A DNA stretch of 64,000 nt from a virus (Duplodnaviria; Caudoviricetes): positions 32,001 through 96,000 of IMG/VR virus record IMGVR_UViG_2840619991_000006. One strand, 5' to 3'. Position numbers and translations under genes: made by a program. Position 1 is the first letter of the stretch. Each line of letters begins with the position of its first letter. The notes under the pieces are model-generated. The model worked only from the letters and a program-made list of their open reading frames with translations, was not told the DNA's origin and ran no database searches. Below are positions 38,674 to 48,796 of the stretch, one piece after another.

Positions 38674-40227
38674 TTGAGTTCTCCCCTGACGCTGCTGGGC
38701 CAGCTTTTGCCTTTGCTTCTATCTGCCCAACGCGCTTGACGACAATTTGCTCCCTTATCGGGAATCCGTCAAGCTGAGTCCTGCATATAGGTGATGCAGT
38801 TTCCGGCTGACGGGTAACAATCTTGCCCCCCTCCTTCCGCTTTCCAGATTGTTTGTAGAGTCGAACGAAGTTTTTCGGCGCTACGCCCTCGTACTGGAGA
38901 AAAAGAACATGGGTTCCCTTTTTATCCTCATTCACTGAGATCGCGTCCTTATGGAGCGTCAGCGCTAAGCTTTTTGGGTACGGCTCAATGTATATAACAC
39001 GAGAAATTCCGCTCCCCACAATTAAACGAGCGCATGCGTGGCAGGGAAACGTCGTGCAATAAAGCGTTGATCCTACAATTCCAGCTTTATATCCCCGCGC
39101 AACCGATAGTATCGCTTCCATTTCTGCATGATTTGCCCTAGAAAACTCAATAAGACCACGAATATCTGTCTGCCGCAGGGCCTTCATGACAGCTTCTGCC
39201 CCAGCTTTGTCGCGAAGCACTTTGTTATTTTTTAGTGATTTAAAAATGTCCTGATAAAGCTTGGACTTATGAGCATCATTATGACAGATATGCCCGCCCC
39301 ATTTGTAGCATCTGTGATCGTCATCTTCCGCCTCGACGGTGTACAAGCCGCCGCCATTACGAGGAACGTCATTGGCCCCTTTTCCAATTAACTCTCCAGA
39401 GCTGGTAAAAATCGCAGCGCCCACTTGGCGCGATAAACAGGCCGATGATGCGGCTGCGCTTGCAGCCGTGTACATTGCAGTTTCGTCCTGTGTCGGCGTC
39501 TGCACACCCAAGCCAAAAAGAATAGAAAGATAGCGGGTTAATACCACACGCAGCCTGTCATCGTTTTCTCGATCATTCCGAACAAAAAAGTCCGCCTGCT
39601 CAATGGTATCCCGTACTTTTTGGCCGTGCTCAACTCCTTCTTCTTCATCCGTGCTGAGTAGGGTCTTCAACTTTACGGCGTCCATTCCCTGCGCGGTCAA
39701 CCTCGCCTCGCGCACTTCGGGGGCGCAAAAACCCCAAACACCCATGCTGTTTCGCCATACACGTCTCGGAGTAGCTTTACTTCTGCTGGGTTCTTGAGCG
39801 AATCGATAATGTGCACATGTCGACGCGGGATTGGCACGAGCGAGTCGCCGTGCTGCTCGTATCCTCCGCGCTCACGCCGGTCGATAGCGATTCGCTCGAC
39901 ACATTTTTCTGCAAGAAAGGCTTCAGAGACTTGCTCACGCAACTTTGTTCCGATCGCTTGAAGCCGCTCAATTCGCTTCTCGCCGTCAAGATGCGCAGCA
40001 TACCGCTCCCCAACAACGGGAGCGGATTCTTTAATCAACTCACTGACCCTGATATAAGTTGTGCTATAGTTGTAAGTTCGCTCAAATATTTCCTTTAGAA
40101 TAAGAGCAGTTGTAGTTACGCCAGAGCCAGCAGGGCCAACGAAGGCAATCACCAACTCATCAGTATACCTCTGATCAAGATTGGCAACATCTTCTTGTTG
40201 TTCAGTAGAGTGGAACAACGTCCGCAC
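38663..40227 (-). CDS. avcD: Anti-phage dCTP deaminase (AvcD type, P-loop kinase plus deaminase); frameshift at G5 run 39719-39723
   Basis: LVIAFVGPAGSG, IIDSLKNPAEV, SACLSRQVGA, NDVP, HAE, TTFPCHAC, IEPYPKS; +1 base gives about 521 aa. Confidence 0.9.
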
Positions 40228-40461
40228 GACAGCCCCGCCATGACGACCCCATAAGAAGTTTCATTATGTGTTCCAGCATAGTAGCAGGAATTATATTCCA
40301 CGATTCCAAGATACAGTTAACAGCCGGTGAACCTGCTGCATGAGTCAAAATACCAGTATCCTGATGCCCCCCTCACACCAACCCCAGCGCGATAGCCGTC
40401 CGCGTGTCCACCCGCCCGGTGACCGGCAGCCTGTGCCCACTGCAGAACGCGCAGCAGCCCT

Positions 40462-40971
40462 TCATCCGTTCCGAACCAGAAGAGCCTCATAGCGCCGGAC
40501 GGTCTCGCGCATTTCCTCCAGGATCTGGCGTTGATCTTCGTTCGCCGCCCGTATGCGTTCTGCATCAGCGCGGGCTTGCTCGGCATGAAGTCGGGCCTCC
40601 TCGGCCAGAAGCCGGGTCGCCTCGTGGAGCAGTCGGGCATCTTCCTCAGCGCGGCGCGACTCCTCCGCCGCCCGTCTGGCCATTTCAGCGGACCGGCGGA
40701 ATTCTTCGTCCAAGATGCGCAATTCCTCGGCCTCCTGCCTTTGCGCCTCCCCGGTGATCCGCCCCTCCTCGGCCATGAGCCGTGCGCCCTCGGCCTCCAC
40801 ATGCTGCTGGAATGCCGCGTTGCGCTCCTCTTCGGCTACCTCACGTTTCCGTTCGGCATCCGCTCGGGCATCTTCTGCTCTGCCGCGCCCCGCTTCGCTA
40901 CGCCGTCGCCAAGCTTCGGCATCAGCGCCGAGGAGCGCACTACGGTTCACCTGATGGTCCGTCTGGGTCAT
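40462..40971 (-). CDS. E/R/A-rich coiled-coil protein
   Basis: Heptad-like EEARR/AEQAR repeats. Confidence 0.6.
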   Translation of the reverse strand: MTQTDHQVNRSALLGADAEAWRRRSEAGRGRAEDARADAERKREVAEEERNAAFQQHVEAEGARLMAEEGRITGEAQRQEAEELRILDEEFRRSAEMARRAAEESRRAEEDARLLHEATRLLAEEARLHAEQARADAERIRAANEDQRQILEEMRETVRRYEALLVRNG

Positions 40972-41122
40972 GGGGCTTCCCCTGTGTTAGGCGGCGAGAC
41001 GCTTTCAACACGCGCTCGGCAGAGCGCAGGCGCTCATAGGCCTGGTCCAGGAGGCGCCGCCTCCGTTCCAGCACCGTACGGACCTTCGCTTGCAAAGTCT
41101 CAATCCGCGTCAGGGTGTCCAT
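40940..41122 (-). CDS. Small coiled-coil protein
   Basis: AAGGTG RBS; MDTLTRIETLQAKVR. Confidence 0.45.
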   Translation of the reverse strand: MDTLTRIETLQAKVRTVLERRRRLLDQAYERLRSAERVLKASRRLTQGKPHDPDGPSGEP

Positions 41123-41403
41123 TACACCTTTAACAGGCGGCTCAGACAACCCGCCCAACATGCCGAGCGAAAATGATAGGAGAGCCAGTGAAGGAAAAAT
41201 GCAATCACGACGCCCGGAAAGGGGGCCTAGGGCGCCGTGATTGCCGGAGTTACAGGGAGGAAAACATCGTCCAGGAGCAAGCACGTTCGGTGACGTGCAG
41301 TCGATTAACATGCTGACAACGTGTTGATGCGCTGGTTCGCAAGGCATACCGCGCCTGGGTAGTTATCCGGCTGCTCAAGTCTCCCGTACCCGCCGCCCTA
41401 CGA

Positions 41404-41874
41404 TCAAACTGCCTCGAACAGCTTCGCCTCCGCCGCTCGACGCTTCTTCAGCCCCTCCAACTCAACCTTCTCGCCGTTGACCGTGGCGTAGACCCAGCGG
41501 CCGAACTGCCCGGCAGCCCCAGTATAGTCCCGCTGGTTCAGCAGGCGCAGCAGCGTGGAATCCCGCAGCGCGCCGGCCCCCAGGTTGAAGACGAAGCTCG
41601 CCAGGGCGCCGCGTTGCCGATCGGTCAGCGGGACCGTCACCAGCTTGTCGACATCGCGAGCGGCCTCGGCCATGTCGGCGCGCAGGTAGACCTCGGCCTG
41701 GAGGCCGTTGATGGTCTGGCCCATCCGAACCCCAGCGGTGTGGCCGTAGCCGATGGTCGGCACGCCCGCGGGGCACAGGTAGGCTTTCAGGTACAGGCCT
41801 TCGAAGTGACGGACGAGGGCCAGGGCGTCGTCGTGGATTTCGCGCGGGATCGCCGCGCCGGCGGGCGTGGTCAT
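41404..41874 (-). CDS. Endolysin, GH24 lysozyme
   Basis: FEGLYLKAYLCPAGVPTIGYGHT, ALASFVFNLG, GLKKRRAAE. Confidence 0.95.
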   Translation of the reverse strand: MTTPAGAAIPREIHDDALALVRHFEGLYLKAYLCPAGVPTIGYGHTAGVRMGQTINGLQAEVYLRADMAEAARDVDKLVTVPLTDRQRGALASFVFNLGAGALRDSTLLRLLNQRDYTGAAGQFGRWVYATVNGEKVELEGLKKRRAAEAKLFEAV

Positions 41875-41921
41875 GGGTTGCTCCGTGATGGTGGGATTTA
41901 TGCGTTACGGTAACGCGAAAA

Positions 41922-42582
41922 TCAGGACCGCCCCGGCGACCCGAGCCGGGGATAGCCGCTGCTGATCGACCGGGCGGCGGCGATGAGCTGGTGCGCCAGT
42001 AGCAGGCGGGCGGCGGCCTCGTTCCCACCGCAGTCGGCCAGGGCCTTGTCGGCGACCTGCTGGGCGTCGGGCGGCGCGGGGTCAGGCCGGGACTGCATCG
42101 GGTTCGGCCCGGTAGATCGCGCGCACCGCGGCGACATCGATGTTGGCAGCTTCGAGACGGTCCAGCAGCACGCCGACGATGCGGCGGGATTCCTCTTCAG
42201 AGTGCTCCAGCACCGACACCTTGCCGGTCAAGGTCTCGACTTCGGCGCGCAGGGCCGTGTTCTCCCGGCGAAGCGCCTCCTCTCGCTGGGTCGGGCCTCC
42301 ACGGATCGTTGCAACGGCGTCCGCCAGCGGGCGGGCCACCCGAGGAAGATGCTGGAGCCCAGCCATGATGACGATGACGAAAGCCCCCAGCGTCGCCAGG
42401 AAGGCCAAGGCCAGGACGCCCAAGAGCGCATAGACGGCAGGCCCTCCCTGCTCCAGCATGTCGGCCAGCCGGTCCAGAGAACTGGCGAGTTGGTCCGGGG
42501 CCGGGGGATCGGACGCAGCCAGAGCCGCCCCGGCGGTGAGCGCACCGGCCAGGACGTAAACGATCAAGCGAAGGGTGGGCAT
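41922..42582 (-). CDS. Two lysis-region genes (42082-42582 TM plus coiled coil; 41922-42098 small)
   Basis: GGAGG RBS, hydrophobic segments, immediately upstream of endolysin. Confidence 0.55.
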
Positions 42583-42684
42583 GCTGCCTCCGTTGTGCCC
42601 CGGCGCCGGGTGGCGCACGGGCATGAAAAAGGCCGCTCGCGGCGGCCGGGATCGTGGGCGGGTTGGGAGTCTTGTCGCGGGCGA

Positions 42685-43374
42685 TCAGGCCCGGAGGTGA
42701 GTGCAGGCTTGATAGACCTGAACGGCGGTTTCGGCGGCTTCGACGGCCACCAGCGCGCCGCGACGGCGTCCTTCCAGGTCGGCGTTTGTTGCCGTCCAGG
42801 CTGCGGCTGTGGCTCGGACCAGCGCGGCCACATCGTCCAGGGTGGAGCCGGTAGCGGCTGCTTCCGCCTCCAAGTAGGGGAACGGGCCGCTGTCTCCCGC
42901 AGCGTGGCGCTCCGCCTCGTCCTGCTTTTCGAGGTAGGTCGCGCTCTGGCCGGTAGTGACGGTGATGTGCACGGCGCGCAGCTCGCCGACGCGGGCGTTG
43001 ATGAGGTCAACCGCGGCGACCTTCAGGGCGGCGAGCGGCACCACGGGCGGGGCCGGCGGCTCCGGGATCACCTCGCGTTCGGCGATGACGTTGCCCTGCG
43101 CGTCGTGGTCCCGGACAATGATCGGGCGGGCCGGCGGGAGGGCGGCAACGGCGAGCGCCCGGACCTCGGCATTCCCGGCCAACACCGCCTCGATCTCCTC
43201 CGGCGCCGCGTCGAACACGTCCAGCGCCGGTGCCGGGCAGCGCGCACCGAAGACAGCGGGCTCCATCTCGCCGCCGGTCTCCGGGTCCAACACCGCCGTC
43301 ACGATCTTGACCCACTGCCACCGGTACAGCAGGCGCCCGCCCCGGTAGCTGTCTGGCATCTGGTCAGGCTGCAT
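42685..43374 (-). CDS. Tail fibre assembly-like protein
   Basis: GQSATYLEKQDEA...PFPYLEAEAAATG; follows tail fibre. Confidence 0.65.
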   Translation of the reverse strand: MQPDQMPDSYRGGRLLYRWQWVKIVTAVLDPETGGEMEPAVFGARCPAPALDVFDAAPEEIEAVLAGNAEVRALAVAALPPARPIIVRDHDAQGNVIAEREVIPEPPAPPVVPLAALKVAAVDLINARVGELRAVHITVTTGQSATYLEKQDEAERHAAGDSGPFPYLEAEAAATGSTLDDVAALVRATAAAWTATNADLEGRRRGALVAVEAAETAVQVYQACTHLRA

Positions 43375-46331
43375 AGCTGGTCTCCTCGCTGGTGCGGTTC
43401 ACGGTGATGCTGGCGGTCCAGGCGATGCGCTTGCTCGCCACGCCGGTCACCCTGACGCTCACGGTCTGGGCGGTCGTGTCGACGGCCAGCGTCGCGTCGG
43501 CGGTGCTGGTCACCTCCGTGTCCGTGCCGATGGTCTGGACGGCGCCCTGGAGCGTGACGTTGCCGCCGGCGTCCCGGTAATAGGTCGCGCGCCGGACGTA
43601 GCTGAGCCGTTCCGTGTCCGCGGCGCCGACGACGCGCCCGATGATCCGCGCCTCCACCAGCACCGTCTCCCGCTCGCCGACGAAGACGCGCGGCGCCAGA
43701 TCAAGCGGGGTCGCATCGGTGGTGACACCGCTTGATCTGGCGCCGGCGCCGACCGGGCGCGGGCCGCTGGACAGGATCGCCTCCTTGCCGGGCAGCGCGT
43801 CAATCAGCGCCGCCGCCTGCGTCGCGGTCCCGAGCAGCAGCGTGCCGCCGCAGAGCGAGCCCGCCTTGTGGTTGTTGCTGGTGGCGGAGGTGATGGTTGC
43901 GCTGGTGTGGAAGGCGATGCGCGCAAGCCCTCGGAAGATGTTGCTACCCGCCGACGTGGAGGCCAGCAGCCGGTCGGTGAGGGGCAGCGAGAGAGAGCGG
44001 CGATACCGGGGCCACCGGCCAGGAAGATCGGCATGCCGGCCAGGACCGTGCGCGTGTCGGCGGCGGAGCGGCGGATTTGCGCGGGCGACATCTCCGACGC
44101 CGTGATCCGCAGCATGGCGATGGCGCAGGTGGTCGCCGGGTTGGCGCCCTGCTGGTCCAGGCCGACACGAAGCGTCGCGGCGGCATTGTCCAGGGAGCCC
44201 AGCGACCCGAGCGCCGCTGTGGCGACCAGTTCGCCATCCACCCAGATTTCCAGGCGTGTCAGCGAGCGGTTGAGCACCGGCACCACCTCGCGGCGGGCAC
44301 CGTCACGGTACGTCGCCGTCGTCGTGGCCGAGACGGTGTTGGTCCCATCCGACGCCACCAGTTGGAGCGCGCCGCCAGCCGTCAGCAGCAGCCGCCAGCG
44401 GGCACCCGTGGACGTGCTGTCGCGGGACACCAGCGTTTCGGTACCAGACCCTTCACCCGCCCGGAAGACGAGAGGCATGGACAGCGGCCCGGACCCAAAT
44501 TGCAGGCGGGCGCTGAACGGCTGCTCCAGCCAAGCCGTCGTAGCAAAGCCCGACCACTCGACCATCCCGCCCGCTGCGATGGCCGCGCGCATCAGCGGCG
44601 TGGTGCCCATGACCGCAACGGGCACCACGTTGTAGCTGCGGTCGACGGAGCAAGGGCGAATCGAGAGATTGTCGAATTCGGCGTACTGGCCCGTGCTGCC
44701 GACCGTGGGGCGCGCCTGGAGCTGAATGGTGATAACCGCTGCCGCCGCGGTGAACTGCACCTCCCGCACGGTATCGGAGGACGAAGAAGTCACCCAATCG
44801 ACCGGCGCCCTCCATCCGTGCCCCAAATTCGGATCGCGCAGCTCGTCGCGGTCCCGCGGTTTTCGGTGCCGGTAATGCGATAGGTCTGCCCAGGCACAAC
44901 GGGAATATCCTGACCAGCAACCACCCAGGCATCACTGGAGGAGGCCACACGCAGTTTTCCCGCGACCGCCGATAGGCTCGCACCAGTTCCTTGCGTCCAA
45001 TTTGCGGTGCCGAGATCAAACGTGCCATTCAGCACCATCTCCGCCCCGCTGACACTGCCCGTTGCGGCATCGCACAGCGCAGCCAGCCGGATGTCTCCCG
45101 GCAACCACCCCGTGGCGAAGGAAGTAGCGACATGGGCGATCAGCCCGTTTGCCGGGTTGGCTTCGTCCTCGACCAGCAGGGAAACGCCCGTGCTGGTGCC
45201 CAGAGCGCCGGGTGCGACCGCTGTCGCCGTGCCACCAATGTGCGCCAGCAGCTTCGTGCCCGCGCCGTTGTTGTAATAGCCCTGCCGCCACGCAGCGCGG
45301 TCCACGCTGGCGTACGGCAGCGCCCCGACTTCAAACCGCTGGTCGGAGCCCGCGAGAAACGCGCAGAGGCGGCCCGAGCCAAAGAAGGCGGCCCCCGTGT
45401 AAGCCCCGCCGGTAATGCTCACCACCTGACCGGTGGGGTGGATCACCGACACGCCACCCGTGGTCGCCACCGCGACGGTGGGGATCGGCATACCGGCGGC
45501 ATCCAAAGGAGCGCCGGGATAGACGTGAGCGCGCACGTTGTTGATGCCCGTTGCGGGCAGCGCGGCGGCGGCATTGACCGGCCCCTCACCCAATACCGCA
45601 TTGCGCTGGGCGATGGGACCCAGCTTGCGGCGGCGGCCACCATTGTCGAGCCGGTCGCACCAGTCGCCGGTCAGGCTGATGATGTGCAAGCCCATGCCGG
45701 TGGCGACGAAAATGTACCCGTTGCGGGCGTGCACGCTGGTGATTGGAAGGGTGGAGCCGCAGGAGATGAGGCCATTTCCCGCTGCATTGGTGCTCGCCCA
45801 CAGGCGGGGCACCCCTGCGGGGTCCAGGTCCAACAGGTCGAAAACGAGGAGGCGGGTTTGGGTCGCGACGATACCGGCAATTATCGGAAAGTCACGCTTC
45901 ACCCCGCGGTATGCGACATTGAGCGCCTCATTCCACCAGCTCGCGCCCGAGCACCTTCCGGGCTCGTTCCAGCGCCGGCCATCCGCCGTCAAGTCGTCCA
46001 GGCGGGTGTCGTAAACGAAACCGTCCACGATGTCCGTTGCCGTCACCATCGCCTTGTCCACCGCCGGGAAGGCGAGCGCCGACGTGCTGCCGGCGGTGAT
46101 CTGCGCCACCAGAGCTTGGCAGAGCTGAAGAATGGTCGCCACGGACGCCTGGGCGGCGAGGAAATTGGCCTGCGACAGGTAGACGGCCATGTCGTCCAGG
46201 CCCTGGGCGATCAGCCCCAGCGCCCGCGGGAAGTTGGCCTCCATGCCGCCGGGGCCATCCAAGCCGCCGGGGTTGGTGCTGCCGTTGTAGATGTCGCCGT
46301 TGATGGCGCGCAGGTCGCTCTGCGTCGTCAT
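43364..46331 (-). CDS. Tail fibre/receptor-binding protein with carbohydrate-binding and LamG-like domains (frameshifts near 44809 and 43982)
   Basis: MVLNGTFDLGTANW...VVPGQTYRI...FDNLSIR; EIWVDGELVA...LRVG; two +1 corrections give about 989 aa. Confidence 0.75.
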
Positions 46332-47218
46332 GTGGTGATCTCCTCAAGCGAGGTGCTGGAACTGGTGTAGGAGGAGGCGAACCAGCGGTTGGTGTGGTCG
46401 GCGCGCCGCTGGAAGAGGCCGCCGTAGCGGAAGCAGGCCGCCGGGTCGTCGATGTTGGGGAGCCAGACCACCGGTTTGTGGAAGTCCACGCGCCGGGCCA
46501 GATCGAACAGGCTGTCGCGCATCTGCCTGTCATTGACCTGCCGAGGCACCGTCACCGTGCGGTAGCCGGTGCCCGGCTCGACCGCGACGCCGCCGCCGGG
46601 GAAGCGCGTCACCTCGTCGGTCGCGACGTATCCGTCCTCTGCGTCGAGGGAGCGCCAGAACTGGAGGCTGTCGGAGATCCAGCCATAGCCCAGGCTGTAG
46701 GCGTCCGCGTCGGTCCCGTCCGGCTGATAGGCGGCCCCGTAGAAGGTCCAGCGGGCGCTGCCGACCCGGCAGTAGGGCACCACAACATGAATGTTCGTCG
46801 GGTAGAGTGCGAAGTCTTCCGCCGGCAGATCGCCGCGGAACAGGTTGCTATCGCCCCATCTGAGCTGCCGCCAATCCAGCAGAGACGGCACCACCGCCCG
46901 GTCCCGGCCCGTCGTCGGGTTCCGTGTGTCGAACAGAAGGCTCGTGAACGTGGTCGAGGCGAACAGCTCCAGCCGGTAACGTGCGGCCTGCCGCAGATTG
47001 ATGCGGAAGAAACCTGCGTAGGTGCAGGCGTAGCGCTCCGTGAACGCCGCCTGGATCACCACGGGATTGGCCGCGGTCCCGAGCCGCGTCGACACCGCCG
47101 CGGTCAGCAAGGGCAGCGACTGGCAGGACACCAGCGGCGAGTTCGGCGACCAATCGGCATTGCTGGCCAGCGTCGCAGCCGGCCAGCGGTTGCGATCTGC
47201 AAGGAGTCCAAAGCCCAT
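46328..47218 (-). CDS. Tail tip protein
   Basis: Position between hub-like gene and fibre; ATGA coupling. Confidence 0.6.
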   Translation of the reverse strand: MGFGLLADRNRWPAATLASNADWSPNSPLVSCQSLPLLTAAVSTRLGTAANPVVIQAAFTERYACTYAGFFRINLRQAARYRLELFASTTFTSLLFDTRNPTTGRDRAVVPSLLDWRQLRWGDSNLFRGDLPAEDFALYPTNIHVVVPYCRVGSARWTFYGAAYQPDGTDADAYSLGYGWISDSLQFWRSLDAEDGYVATDEVTRFPGGGVAVEPGTGYRTVTVPRQVNDRQMRDSLFDLARRVDFHKPVVWLPNIDDPAACFRYGGLFQRRADHTNRWFASSYTSSSTSLEEITT

Positions 47219-47221
47219 CGG

Positions 47222-48796
47222 CTACTCCCGGACGACGAGGGTGGGGATTTTCGAGCGGGCGTTGTTGATCCGCCCGATGACCGTGACGAGGTGCCCGTCC
47301 TCATAGCCGGCCAGATCATCGAAGACCTGCAGGACGGCCCGCCGGTCGATGCCGGGGGCGCCGTCTTGCGCGACCAGATCATAGACGCGCCGGACCTGCT
47401 TCATGTCGGCCAGAAACTCCGCCTGCTCGGCGGTCGCCTGCGCACGGTCCCACAGCAGCGTTTCGACCGTGGGCGACCGAGCGCCGGGATAGGCCGCCGC
47501 GGTCGAGGCATCGGTGCTGGTCACCTCGCGCCACAGCGCCTTGTGCAGTTGGGTGTCCGCTTCGGTCGCTTCGGTGACGATGGTCTGCGTCACCTTCGGC
47601 AGCCCGGCATACCGCAGGGTCACCGTCTTCGCTGGCAGGCCCCGGCTATCTGTGCTGCGCGGCGTCAGGCCGGGCGTGTTGACCCCGCGCCGGTAGGTCC
47701 GGGCAGCCGGCGCCGCGGGGGCGAGCAGCCGGCCGACCGTCAGCAGGTCCCCGGCCGTCACGATCCAGTAGCCCCGCGCCAGTGAGCCGAGCAGCTTGTC
47801 CAGCGCCTCCCGCAGGGTCGGGCTGGAGCCGGTCGGGATCGCATAGCCGACCTCGCGCGGCAGGGCGTCCAGCGTCGCAACCGACCCTGTGTCCATCCGG
47901 GCGAGCGGCACCTTGCCTGAGACGGTCACCGCGAGGTGCTGGGCCAGTTCGCCGACGTATCGGCGCCAAACGCCGCCGGTCTTGTCACCCTTCACCTCGC
48001 ACAGGATCTCCGGCGGGCGGCTGGCCGTGACGATGATCCCGGTTGCTGGGTCCACCTTGAACTCGTTGCTCGCGGGCGTTCCGGTCGCGCGAGGGTCCAT
48101 CCGAAATCCACGGTCCCATAGGTTGGGCACGCCATCGATGGGGTGCTCGCCGTTGACGCTCCAGTGGTACAGCCCGCCGATGATGCCGAGATAGGTGGGC
48201 TCCATGTAGCAGTGACCAAACGCCCGCTCCTTCGTCCGGTCGGCCAGGGATTCACCATCCCCGGTTCCGTATTTCTCGGTCAGCAGGGGATCGTCAAAGT
48301 CGGCTTCCCGCCCTCGCACCGACAGGTTGATGGTGCTGCGCTTGGAGTCCGGGTCCGGCATCTCCATGGTGACGCGGGTCACCACCTGGGCAGTGCTGTA
48401 GGGCGCCCCCTCCTCGATGACCTTTTCCGTCAGCGGCCAGCCCGCCAAGGCATAGTCGGTCAGCAGCGGGTTGAGCGGCCGGGGCGGGAGCGTGACGGTG
48501 ACCCAAGCATCCGCCGTCACATCATAGACCCGGGCCAGCCGGCTCCCCTGCCAATCGCGGGCGTTGTCCAGTTCGACGCTGCCGAAGGAAACCTTCGTGG
48601 CGCCCATCGTCTCGCCCAGGCTCGCGATGGACAGCGACACGTCGGATGGCTTGCCGACCAGGGGCAGCCAGGGCAGCGAGGCCGGCGTGTCACCGGGGCC
48701 GGACCGGTAGCCGGGCTTGGTCGCCAGGAACCAACGGTGGGTGTGGCCGGACGCCAAATGATAGGCGTCCAGCTCGATCAGGTGGATTGTGCTCAT
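47222..48796 (-). CDS. Tail tip/hub-like protein
   Basis: Directly after tape measure; KERAFGHCYMEP motif. Confidence 0.6.
   Translation of the reverse strand: MSTIHLIELDAYHLASGHTHRWFLATKPGYRSGPGDTPASLPWLPLVGKPSDVSLSIASLGETMGATKVSFGSVELDNARDWQGSRLARVYDVTADAWVTVTLPPRPLNPLLTDYALAGWPLTEKVIEEGAPYSTAQVVTRVTMEMPDPDSKRSTINLSVRGREADFDDPLLTEKYGTGDGESLADRTKERAFGHCYMEPTYLGIIGGLYHWSVNGEHPIDGVPNLWDRGFRMDPRATGTPASNEFKVDPATGIIVTASRPPEILCEVKGDKTGGVWRRYVGELAQHLAVTVSGKVPLARMDTGSVATLDALPREVGYAIPTGSSPTLREALDKLLGSLARGYWIVTAGDLLTVGRLLAPAAPAARTYRRGVNTPGLTPRSTDSRGLPAKTVTLRYAGLPKVTQTIVTEATEADTQLHKALWREVTSTDASTAAAYPGARSPTVETLLWDRAQATAEQAEFLADMKQVRRVYDLVAQDGAPGIDRRAVLQVFDDLAGYEDGHLVTVIGRINNARSKIPTLVVRE

Noticed and set aside
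37867-42638. Repeated GGGCATGAAAAA(A/G)GCCGC at about 37868 and 42620 as att sites
   Set aside because: Reads as the U-tract end of minus-strand intrinsic terminators, common in late operons
43364-46331. Diversity-generating retroelement or invertible tail fibre
   Set aside because: No reverse transcriptase, invertase or template repeat seen in the window
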